From Mycobacteriales bacterium (GTDB lineage Bacteria; Actinomycetota; Actinomycetes; BP-191): 49,553 nucleotides of DNA. Positions 8,531-19,500 of this stretch are shown piece after piece (positions within the stretch are counted from its first letter, which is position 1; the number at the start of each line of letters is the position of its first letter). The stretch covers positions 1 through 49,553 of the forward strand of contig JBKJZO010000019.1 in assembly GCA_046715235.1 (NCBI GenBank). The letters run 5' to 3'. The position numbers and the translations under genes are program-made. The notes below the pieces were generated by a model that was not told where the DNA came from, searched no databases, and saw nothing but the letters and a program-made list of their open reading frames with translations.

Positions 8531-10533
8531 CAGTGGCTCCCCTCGGTGCCCGCAGACATCGCCTGCTCGATCAGCCGGTCGAGGTCGTCTTTGCGCCTGC
8601 TGCCTCTGCGGGCGGGACCGGCCGGCGCGTCGGCGTCCATGTCGAGCTTCAGTACGTCGACTGTCAGCGCCTCCACGCGAGAAGTCAGCGTCTGCCGCAA
8701 TGCGGCCACCGCCTCCCGGTCGGTCGACAGCGGCTTGGTCGTCATCTCGGTCACGGCCACGGGGACGGCACCGAGCCCGTCGACGCCGAACTGCTTGCCG
8801 GCGCGCCGCATGGCCCGCGGGTCGGCACCGAGCCCGACGAGGACCTGATCGGGGTCGAGGTCGATGAGTTCCTCCGGTACGAGCGGGCGCGTGATCTCCT
8901 GCGCGCGCGGCGCGAGAGCGTCTGGGTCGGCCGCCAATGCACCGACGAAGTTCTTACGTACCAGCACTTCCAGGGCACTTCGGCCGCTGCCGACCTTGAG
9001 GCCGAAGTCTGCGACGATCATTCCCGCGAGCAGATCGCCGAGCTGCTGGGCGCGCGCCGCACCGAACAGCTCGCGTCGCCATTCCATCAACGCGCCGACG
9101 ATCATCGGCTTGTTCAGCGTCAGCAGCCGGCCGATCTCGAAGAGCGCCGCGAGTGAGATGTCCTCGCGTCCGTCGGGCGTGACCTTGCGCAGCTGGTCGG
9201 CGACATGATGCACAGGCAGAACGCCGGCGACCGGCCCGCTGCGCTGCGTCGGCGCGGGGCCGAGCGGTCCGCGGTACCACGAACTGGCCTGCTCACCGCG
9301 GCGGCTGCGGTGCGACAGCGCGACGTGACCCGTCGCCGCGACCTCCGGCACCGGCGGCGGCTGGTCCGCGTCGAGGGTGCCGAGCAACCCGACCTCGAGG
9401 TCGTTCATCAGCCGCTCGAAGCCGCCAGTGCCCGTGCAGATGAAGTCCCACGAGACGAGCACGGGGAAACGCGACGTGCCGCGGAACGCCGGCGAGAGCA
9501 CCATGCCGCCGAACCCGGTCTTGTACTCCTTCGCCGCGGCGAGCTCGCCAGACACGATGGCCCCACTGCCGACAGGGCCGGTCGCCCAGGCCGCCGCCGA
9601 CTTCTCAGGTCCGCGCGCCGCTGCGAAAGGCACGATCTCTTTGCTCATGATGCCGGCCGTGGTCGCCTTGGCTCGGCCGCGGCCCTTCTTCTTGAACACC
9701 TTGACTGCGGGACCGAGGTTCATGGCCAGCTGGTCGATGCTGGCGTTCGGCGCGGGAGCGAGCAGCTCGGCCTTGGAGAACTGGGTGACGAGCTCGGCGT
9801 TGAAGATGAGCGGCGGGTTGGGCTCGGTGGGCAGCAGCCGATCGAGCTGCTCCTCGAGATTGATGAGGTACGCCGTGTAGCGCAGCGGGCGCGGGTCCCC
9901 GCCCGCTTCCAGTGGCGGCGCGGGCTGCGGCAGCCGGCTCGACAGCACGACCGACAGGAAGCCGTCGTCGTCGCCCATCATCAGCTCGGTGTCGCGAAGG
10001 TCGACCTTGCGCACGTGGCACAGCAGGGCGAGCTCGTCCCTGCAGGGAAACACCTTGTCGATGATGTCCTGCGTGACCTCGAGGTATTTGCCTGTCGGCA
10101 CGTCGGCGTCCGAGCCGAGGTCGACGTCGTCGCTGACGCATTCGGAGATGTCGACCTCGGGGCTGAGCAGGCCTTCACCCTCCGCGAGTACGACGAGCGC
10201 GAGCCACGGCGGTGACGTCAACGGTGACACGGCGGGATCTGGGTTGCGGTCCCATGGCAGCGTCCGCCGCTTGAGCACGATCTGGGGGAGGCGTTCGCGC
10301 CAGTCGCCCTGCGAGCTGGCCGGCGGGAACGTCGAAAGGATCTGCTCGGGCGGCATCATGTAGCGCGGCGCGTCAATGCGCACCCGGAACTGCGCGTCGT
10401 CGACGGGAACCGTGACGGCCGGACCTTGCGGCGGCTGCGCGATCAGCTGTTGGTGATCGGTCACGGTGTACGTGCCGGCCGGCAGCGCCGGACGGGCACT
10501 GGGGTAGATCTCGAAGAACCCAGGTGTCGTCAC
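8530..10533 (-). CDS. 667-aa protein of unknown function; gene C of the giant operon
   Basis: GTG start at 10533-10531 overlaps the giant gene stop TGA (10532-10530) as GTGA. It contains acidic stretches (SDDVDLGSDADV, MMGDDDGF). No known motif recognised. Confidence 0.8.
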   Translation of the reverse strand: MTTPGFFEIYPSARPALPAGTYTVTDHQQLIAQPPQGPAVTVPVDDAQFRVRIDAPRYMMPPEQILSTFPPASSQGDWRERLPQIVLKRRTLPWDRNPDPAVSPLTSPPWLALVVLAEGEGLLSPEVDISECVSDDVDLGSDADVPTGKYLEVTQDIIDKVFPCRDELALLCHVRKVDLRDTELMMGDDDGFLSVVLSSRLPQPAPPLEAGGDPRPLRYTAYLINLEEQLDRLLPTEPNPPLIFNAELVTQFSKAELLAPAPNASIDQLAMNLGPAVKVFKKKGRGRAKATTAGIMSKEIVPFAAARGPEKSAAAWATGPVGSGAIVSGELAAAKEYKTGFGGMVLSPAFRGTSRFPVLVSWDFICTGTGGFERLMNDLEVGLLGTLDADQPPPVPEVAATGHVALSHRSRRGEQASSWYRGPLGPAPTQRSGPVAGVLPVHHVADQLRKVTPDGREDISLAALFEIGRLLTLNKPMIVGALMEWRRELFGAARAQQLGDLLAGMIVADFGLKVGSGRSALEVLVRKNFVGALAADPDALAPRAQEITRPLVPEELIDLDPDQVLVGLGADPRAMRRAGKQFGVDGLGAVPVAVTEMTTKPLSTDREAVAALRQTLTSRVEALTVDVLKLDMDADAPAGPARRGSRRKDDLDRLIEQAMSAGTEGSH

Positions 10534-13500
10534 TTTCGTCCCTTCCTGGTCTTCTTCTTCGCCTTCTTGGCGGCCACAGCCTTGGCGACGGGCGCCGCCT
10601 TCTTGGCCGGTTTCTTGGCCACAGCCTTGGTGACGGGCGCCGCCTTCTTGGCCGGTGTCTTTTTCGCGGGCACTCGCTTGCGCCGAACGCTGCGGGGGAC
10701 GAACTTGTCGACCGGCCCGTCGGCGAGGGTGTAGGTGATGGTGCGAGTCCCCCCGCCGCCGACCAGTGGCTGCGCGACGGCTGCCTCAACGCCGATGCTC
10801 GCGAGGATCTCCGCGAGCGCCGAAACGGACCCGCCGATGCCGACGACACCGGCCAGCTGCCCGCGCCCGCAGCCCTCGACGACGACGCCGACGTCGGGAC
10901 CCTTGGTCACGATCGAGTAGATGAGGATCGAGCGGACGCCGTCGACGAGCAGTTCCGGCGGCCGCTGCGCGCCGGCGGCGTCGACTGTCCGTTCAGCGTC
11001 GAGCAGCCGCATCGACAGCTTGGCCGCGGCGTCGTCGCCGAGCGCGTCGTCGATGACGACCGCGATTGCCGTTACCGGGTCGGTGAACACGGTGGTGACT
11101 TGCGCGGCCTTCGCCAGCTCCGACGTCGACACCCAGCCGCCGTCGCCGCGTTCGCGGTTGTCGGACACGCGTTCGCCCTGAGCCGACACAGCCGCTCCGC
11201 CCGCCAGAGCTGCGCCCCAGCCGATCGCGGGAAGCGACTGCCCGGCGTACCAGCCGGCGAGCGTCCCACTGGTGGCGCGCTGGTCGCCGATGCCGACCAG
11301 CACGAGACGTTCGGTAACACGCGGCATCTCGACCGGCACCGAATCGCCATCGGGTACGACGACCCGGTCTTCGACCGTGCGGCCGCCCGCAGACAGGCAC
11401 AGGACGCGGGTCGCGCCGCCGGCGACGACCACGGTGTCGAGCGAGTCACCGCGAGGGCGGTTGGCGACCGTGATCACCGCCAGCTCGCCGTCGTGCAGCA
11501 CGGCTCCGGGAGTGCGATTCGCCTCGAGTGAGTCGAGCAGCTGGTCCGACATCGCGGCGAGACGGGACGCGGCGATTGGCGCAGGCGCCGCGTTGGCAAC
11601 GGATCCGACCGGGTTGGTGGCCAGGCGGGTGACCGGGGCGCTGCCGGTGGGGACGACGGTACGGCGACCAGCGGCCACCGATCGCGCCACCACGCTCAGG
11701 CTCGCCTGCGTGTTTCCTACCGTCGCCGACCGCACCGACGCGAGAGTTGGCGGCGTCCGGCGTACGCCGTCCCCAGGCTCGAGGACCGTTGTCGCGCCGG
11801 CGCGCTGCAGCGTCAGCGACAACGGCGTGCCCATCAGCGACTTCACCACAGGCGCGAAACGCCGCGGGGCCGGCTTGGTGCGATCGACGACGATGCCCTC
11901 AACCGTGGGGGAGACGGCTGCCGGTGCGTCGACCAGGTCGTCGGCAAGCGAGCCGAATGACGGCGCTGCCGAGCGGTCGCCGCGCAATGACGACACGGTG
12001 GTCGCGCCGCGCCCGCCGGCCGAGAGCATGACCGCGGCGCGCAGGAAGCGCTCAGCCTCGTCGGGGTTGCCCTGGGTCAGGAACTTCGCGGCGTTCTTGA
12101 GCGTCAACGACGCAGTCACCCGCGCGTTGATCTTGATCTTGTTGGTGACGAACGGCAGCGGTTTGCGACCACCGAGCGGCAGCTTGATCTGGTGGTAGTC
12201 GATGAGCGCAGCGCCGGTGAACATGCTCGCAGGCAGGGTCGTGTCGAGAGTGAAGCCGTCGCACGCGTCGATGGTCTCGCCGGCCGGCACCTTGGGCGCT
12301 TTCGGGTTGGGCGCGGGACCCCACACCCCAGCGGGGAACGCCACCGGCGGCCGCTCCGACAAGGCGATGCCGTCGAGTTCGAACGCCTGCCCGTCAAGCG
12401 ACGCGACCGTCATCGTGAAGACGGCGTCGAGCGTCGCGCTGTACATCGGCGCGACACCGAGGCCAGGGATCGGTACGTCGACGGTCTTCACGTCAGCGCC
12501 CGGCACCTGGCCCAGCACGCCCCGCTCGTTGGGCGCAGTCGTCACGAACGTCAGGATGAATTCGGGAACGACCCGGAACGGGTTTTCAGCACTGCCGTCC
12601 GGCGGTTTCGCGACGCCGCCCGACGGCGACTTCCCGGCGACCAGGCCGCCGCGTACGACGGACGCCTGGATCACCTGTGCGTCGGCGCCCGCGCGCAGGT
12701 ACTTGTCGGCGAAAGCCCCGGCGTTGAGTGCGCGCTCTGCCGGGTCGCCCTCGTCGCCGAACTGGAACGGGATCTTGATGCCGTAGACCGAGAAGTGGCC
12801 CTTGCAGAACAGCGGCGGTCCGGTGACTTCGACGTCGACACCGAAGTTGAGCTCGATGTTGATCGTCCCCCACAGGATCTTGATCCGGAGGCCGATTTCG
12901 ACCGTCGCGTAGACCCGGACGGAGAACCAGAACGGGTCGAAGAACACGATGCCGTCGCACCCGATGGCGAGCCGCGCGCGGGCGGGCCCGAACTTGGCCG
13001 CGACCTCGATGTGTACGCCGGCCATGAGCGCTTCGGAGCACAACGCGAAGTAGGTCTCGCCGACGACGCTGATGTTGGAGATCGGGCTCCACCGCAGGCC
13101 GACGCGCGGTACGACGGGGTAGCCGTCGTGGTGGAAGCGCGGGTGGTAGCCGCCGATCGTGACGACGAACTGCCCGGAGTTGGGCCCCTTCCACCACGTC
13201 GCGAACGCGAACCCGCCGGTGAGGCGCACCGACTCGTGCAACAGCCAGGAGTTCTCCGTCAGCTGCGCCTGAACGATCAGGACGCCTTCCTTGGTGGAGA
13301 ACCGCGCGAGCAGCGCCAGCTCGACCGAGACGAGCGTCACGATCGGCGTCGGCAGCTGCGCCCGCGCAACGCCGAGGATGCAGATCTCCAGTCCGTCGCC
13401 GAACTGCACCGTCACCAGGATCTCGCCGGTGATCAGGACGAAGCTGGTGAAGCTGATGCCGGCTGCGACCCAGTAGGTGCCCTGCGCCGGCGGCACCAGC

Positions 13501-16500
13501 GCGCGCATGTCCGACAGCTGCTTCATCGGCTCGGGTGCCGGCCCAAGGGCGCGCAGCGCCAGCATGAACGGGTGCTGATGCAAGGTCTCGATCAGCGGGG
13601 GCCGTAGCTCGCGGTTGATGCCGAAGCCGATGCCGATGCCGGTGATGAAGAACGCCGGCGGCCCGCCGATCGGCGCGTGCAGCACGCCGAAGGCGAAGAA
13701 CGACGCGAAGCTCGAGCCGCTGGTCGTGACCGGCTGCGCGTAGCCGCCGTAGACGTTGAGGCCGTAGCTGCCGAAGCCGATCTTGAGCATGCCGAGGTAC
13801 TCGACGCCCGACAGCGGGGCTTGCAAGGTGAACTTGCGCAGGCCGCCGGCCAGCGACAGCCCGCCGATGCTGCTCGCGATGGCGAAGCCGTCGACGTCGA
13901 TCTCCCACGAGCTCGAGTCGAAGAACGGCCGGGTCACGTGATAGGTCAGGCGCAGCTTGTCGACAGCGGCGCTGAGCCCCATGAGTGAGACCTGCGCGTC
14001 AAGGTAGAGGCTGATCGCCTCCATCTGCCTGGGCGTGACCCCCTGCTGGTAGGCGACGCCGAGCCCGATCTGGTCGAGGTAGACCGGGCCGAAGGCGCGC
14101 TGGATCGGCAGGAACCACGGCCCGTCGCCACTGCCCGCTTTGAGGGTGATGGCGATGCCCTGGCCGTGTTCCTGTACGGCGATCGACGGGCTGAACGCCG
14201 GCCGCGGGGGAGCGCCGCTGCCGCCGGCGTCCTTCATCACGCCTTGCGCGACCGCGTTGTCGCCACCGCCGGAGCCCAGCGGCACGGCCAGGCCGCCGAG
14301 TTGCACCTGCACGCCGCCGGCGAACTCGGGGTTCTGCGAGGCGTTCATCACGACACTGCCGAACAGGTGTACGGCGATCGAGTCGAGTCGCAGGCCCGCG
14401 TCGATGAGCGGGCCGCCGGCCTTGCCCAGGCGCAGCCCGACGCCGTTGACGGCGATGCCCGGCGCGGGGGTGATCGTCGCGCCCGCCACGCGCAGCAGGT
14501 TGAGGACGATGCCCGGCGACACGGTGCCGGACGGCGGTTCGATCCACGACGCGTCGACCTCGAGCCGCAAGGACAGCTCGCCGCCGGGTGTCAGGTCGAT
14601 GCCGGCCGCGTTGGTCGTGGTCATGGAGACGCCGAGGACGCCGCTGGTGTTGGCGATGCCGAACTGGAAGTCGCCGACGATGACCGAAGGCGCCGCCCCG
14701 GCGAGCCTGCTCGCCAGTGTCAGCAGCTTGCCCGGCCAGCCGGTCAGCACCGCGGGCATCAGCCGCGGCGAGGCTGCCGGCGCGGCCGGATCGAGGATCG
14801 AGCCCTGGAGTACGAAGCCCACGGTTTGCGAGCCAAACGGTTGCGCGAGTTGCGTCTTGACCTCGGTGACGCCGAGCACCCAGCCGCCGACGAGGTCGAG
14901 CACGGCGCCGATCGCCGCCGTGGCCACGCCTTCGTCGGAGCTGTCCTCGGTCACCTCGGTCGCGGTGCGCTCGGTGACCAGCACGACGACCGCGCCGGTG
15001 GCTTCGCGCCAGCGCGCGGTCAGCTCCCGGTGGCCGAGTCCGGTGGGCGCGATCGCGTCGAGGCCCAGGCCGATCTCGGCCTGCCAGCCGGCCGCGCCGA
15101 GCAACCCGCCGCGCAGGAACGGGCGCAGCACCGGCCCCCCCAGGTCGATGACCGCGGGCCCGAGCCCGGCCGACCACTCGGAAAGTCCCGTGTCGTCGAC
15201 GGCCATCGACATGGACACCGCGCCGACCACCGGCAGCCCGGTGACCGACCCTTCGAGGTGTACGGCGAACGGTGCGGTCTCGACGCGCGCGACGACCGTG
15301 CGCACCGTGACGGTCAGCACTCCGGGGGTCGTCATCACCGCGACCGGGGTGGCCACGCCGAGCAACCGGCGCAGCGGCGGGTCGAGTGCGGCGACCGCCT
15401 CGGTGAGCAGGTCGGTCAGGTGGGCGCGCAGATGCGCGGCGGGGTCGGCGGCGAGTGAGGTGATGGCGCTGGAACTGAAGACCGCCGGTGTGCCGGTCGC
15501 GATGGCCAGCCCGCGGCCTATCGAGCTGACCAGTGCGGCGATCTCGGTGCGCACCGCGTCACCGCTCATCGACGCGAGCTCGTCGAGTGCCAGCGGCAAC
15601 AGTTCGGTCATGCCGGCGGCGAGCAGTGAGCCGAAGCCGGCGAGGTTGGGGTAGATCTCGATGTCGGAGCCGGTGCTCGGGCGCAAGAAGAGCCGCAGGC
15701 CGGAAGCATCGACCTGCAGGTGGGCCGCGCGCCGGTGCTGAGGCGTCGTCGTACCGCCCGGGCCGTCGGGCACGCCGATGAACAGCGACACCGCGGGCAG
15801 CGGCACCCCGGCTGATGGGATCGTCAGTCCGGCGCGCAGCCCGGCCGCGACGGGGGAGCGCCCTGCGCCGCCGAGCCACGTCGCCGGGTCGACGTCGACG
15901 AACACCGAAGGACCCTGCGGCGCGGTGGTCACGCCGACCTGCAGGCCGGGTGCGACCGGGAGCACACCGCGCGGCGTCCCGCCTTGGCCGACGAACGGCT
16001 TGATGGCTTCGAGCAGGTCGATCAGCCGCTCGACATCGAACGGCCCGCCGGCGACGACGGCCAGCACGCCGGCGTTCTTCAACCAGCCGGCCGGGTCCTC
16101 GAAGAGCCGCACCGGCGCGATGACCGCGCGGTGGCCGGCGTCATCGGGCGGCCGCAACAGGCCGACCGCCGCACACAGATCGTCGAGTGCGGTGCCGAGG
16201 TCGTTCTGGATGTGCCGCAGTCCTTCAATGACCAGCCGCAGCGCCTCGGCCGGCACGGCGGCCGCGGCCAGGCGACCGAGTCCCTCGACGTCGACGGTCG
16301 GCCACAGCGACACCGGCGCTCCGCCGGCGCCCCGGTCGAGCCGCACGCGCAGCGGTCCGGAGACCGCCGTCAATGCGAACGCGTCGGTGGCGACATCGCC
16401 GAGACCCACGGCGAATGTCGGGACGCCGCCGGGTGTGAACGTGCACGAGACGTGCCAGGGCAGCAGACCCTCGGAGCCGGTTGCGGTGAACCCGACGGTG

Positions 16501-19500
16501 CGGGCGCCGACGTCGATGTCGGCGGTCAACGGTCCGGCCGCGATGCGGGCCGCGTCTCCGGTCACCGTGAACGACGGCACTATCGCGGCCAGCGCCTGCA
16601 GCAGCGCGCCTCGGCTCGTCGGCGCGCCGAGCAGGGTGCGGAGCTGAACTCCCGGGTCGTGCAGCAGGTGCGCGAGTGCGTCGGGGAGCAGCGCGCCGTC
16701 CGGCTGGCTGATCCCGCTCGCCTTGAACAGCGCCAGCAGCGCGGCAGCCGGATCGCCGGCAGCTGCCTCGGTCAGGCGAGTCGCCAGGGCGGCGAGCAGC
16801 GCCTGCGCCTCGGGCAGCAGGGGCTCGAGCTCCAGCGTGCCGGTGACCGCGGTCGGCGGGCGGACGACGAGCCGCGCCCACTCGGCACCCAGCGCGGCGC
16901 CTTCGTGCAGCACGACCTGCGCGCTGGACGGCTCGCCGTACAGGCCGAACTCCAGCCGTGCGCTCAGCCGCCGCAGCTCCAGCGCCGGCGCGCCGCCCGC
17001 GGGTGTCGTGCCGGGTCCGCCGATCAGCCAGCTGTCGGTGTCCGCGACGTCGAGCTCGAGCCGGATGCCCGGCGTGGCGCCGATCGTCGCGGCCGTCGCG
17101 TCGACGCTGAGCAGCTGCAGCAGCAGCGATCCGCGCAGCGTCGTGCCGTGGCCACCGGGCGGGGTGAGCAGGTCGAACGGCAGATGTACGCCGACGTGCG
17201 CGCTGGTCGGCGCGGCGGTCGCGGTGGCTGCGCGGGCTCGCGCGCGGGCCGACAGCCCGGCCGCAAAGACGGCGGTCATCGCCCGGTCGACCCTGGCCTG
17301 GCTGAGTGCGCCGAACGCGGCGACCGCAGTGAGGCCGGTCCGGACTTCGAGGGCTGGGCGCGGCGCCTCGAGCTCGGTGACGTCGACTGCGCCGCGAGCC
17401 GCGCGCATGAACCCGGTCACCAGGGCGCGGCCGAGGGCGAGGTCGTCGTCGTCCGGGTCGGCTGGGTCGGCGTCCGGGAGGACCGCGCGCATCAGGCGCA
17501 ACGCGTCGGCGGGCACGCCGGTGCGGGCGGTGTCGAACGTCGCCGCGCTCCACGGGGTTCCCAGCGTTACCAGGTGCGTGACGCCGGCTACGGCGTCAGC
17601 GGCCATGCGCGCCGCGTGACCTGCGCCGCCGGCGGCGACGAGGACGACCGGCCCGGCAGACGCCAGGTCGGTGATCACCTTCTGCAGGCGCGCGGCCTGA
17701 CCGACGACTCCGCTCGGGTCGGTCGTGCCGCCGAGCGACGCGACAGCCCGTGGCGCGAGCGCAACGACCCTCTCGCCGGCCGCGGGGCTCGTGACGTTGA
17801 ATGACGACGGGCTGAGCCCGGTCGCGGTCAGGTCGACGAGCCGGCCGGCAGCGGGCACCCACGGCAGGTCGGCCGCCGCCGTACCCGTGGCAACGGCGAC
17901 GCGGACGACGACAGCGCCGGCAGGCAGCCCGCCCGGGATCAGCGCGGCGACGTCGAGTGCGGGCACTCCCGACGCGTCCAGGTCGGGAAGCACAACCGGG
18001 GTCAGCCGCGAGATGGCGGCTGGCGGTGGCGCGACCATGCCATCGGTGCCGGTCCAGCGACCGGTGAGCGCCGCGAGTCCGGCGGCGATGCCCTCGCGGC
18101 CGGCGGCCAGCGCGGCCATGTCGGGTCCGGTTGCGGCCTCGTCGAAGATGGCCTGTGCCAACCCTTCGGCGCCGAGTCCCGGCGTACCGGGACGCCAGGA
18201 CTGCAGGGCGTCGCTGGTCGCGGACGGTTCGAGCACCGGCCCGTCCGGCCCGAGCCAGATGGCGATCGCGGGGGACGCCGGCGAGCGGCCGAGCCCGGCC
18301 AGCCACGGGTCCTGCGGCGTGCCCCGGCCGGTGAAGCGACCGGCCAGACCGGCGCGGCTGCCGCCGATCAGATGCGCCAGCGTGGCCGACAGCGAGCCGA
18401 CGACTTCGCCGTTGGTGACGAGCGCGCCCAGCCACGCGGTGACGGCGGGCACCGGCCCGGCGGCCACCGCGGCGAGGGAGAGCCTGGGCTGTCCCGCCCG
18501 GCCGGTCAGGCCCCACCCGAACAGCTCGACGACGTCGTTCAGCCAGCCGAACGGGCTGCTCGCGGCGAGTACGCCCAGCAACCGCTCCACCGAACCCCAC
18601 GCCGTCGCGGGGACGCTGATCGCGCCCGAGGAGCTGACCGTCGGCAGCACGAGGGGTAGGCGTTCCGTGCCGGTGTCGGCGGCCAGGCCCGGCGTCAGCA
18701 GCTCGACGGCGAAGCCAGCTGTTGGCGACCAGCCCGCTCGTACGCCGATGAAGTCGGCGACGATCGCGATCGGGCCGAGTGAGAGCCGCGCCTCGGTGCC
18801 TCCGCGTTCGCGCATCCTGGCCTGCATGTCGACCCCACCGAGGAAGTCGGCGGCGCCGGCGGCGAGGTCGAACGACACCAGCTGCAGCCGGATGGTCGTC
18901 TGCACGACGGTGCAACCGCCCGCGAGGTCGTCGACCCGCAGTGAGAGCACGGGTGCGACGACCAACCGGCTGCCATCGCGCCAGCACGTCAGCGCCAGCC
19001 GCGTGACGACGGGGATCGACCACGGGTCGGCCTCGGTGCCGGTGCCCGCGATCGTCTGGGCCAGCTGCGCGTCGCCGGAGATCAGGTCGCGCAAGTGCCC
19101 TAGGACTTCGGGTACGGCGGCCGCGTGCGTCGTCGTCAGCTGCTGCCACCAGTCGGCGAAGGTGCCCAGCGGATCGCCGAGCAGGGCGGTCGCGTCGAGA
19201 GCCGGTACGCCGGCGGGTGGGTCGAGCCCGAGCAGCGCTTTGAGATCGGCGCCGGCCGGGCCGAGTGCGTCGAGCGCCGTCGCGATCAGATCGGCTGCGA
19301 TCTGCCCTGCCGCGGCGACGACCGCCTCGGGACTGGACAGGTCGAGCACGTCGCGGTGACTGCCGTCGATGTCGAGGTCGTGCAGCTCGACCAGTGCCTG
19401 CGGGTCGCCGCCTCTGATCGACAGGCCGAGTCGCAGCGCGCCGATGTCGAGGGTGCCGGTGTTCAGCAGCTTGGCCGCGTTGCCCGTGCCGCTGCCGGTC

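Noticed and set aside
10574-10663. Tandem 45-nt repeat considered as a CRISPR or minisatellite
   Set aside because: There are only two adjacent copies with no spacers. They are in frame inside a CDS and encode the Lys-rich tail, so this is a coding duplication and not a CRISPR array.
12621-12653. Walker-A-like string GGLVAGKS in the giant protein
   Set aside because: It formally fits GxxxxGK(S/T) but sits in a Gly/Ser/Pro-rich linker (GKSPSGGVAKPPDG). I found no Walker B or other NTPase context around it, so it is most likely chance.
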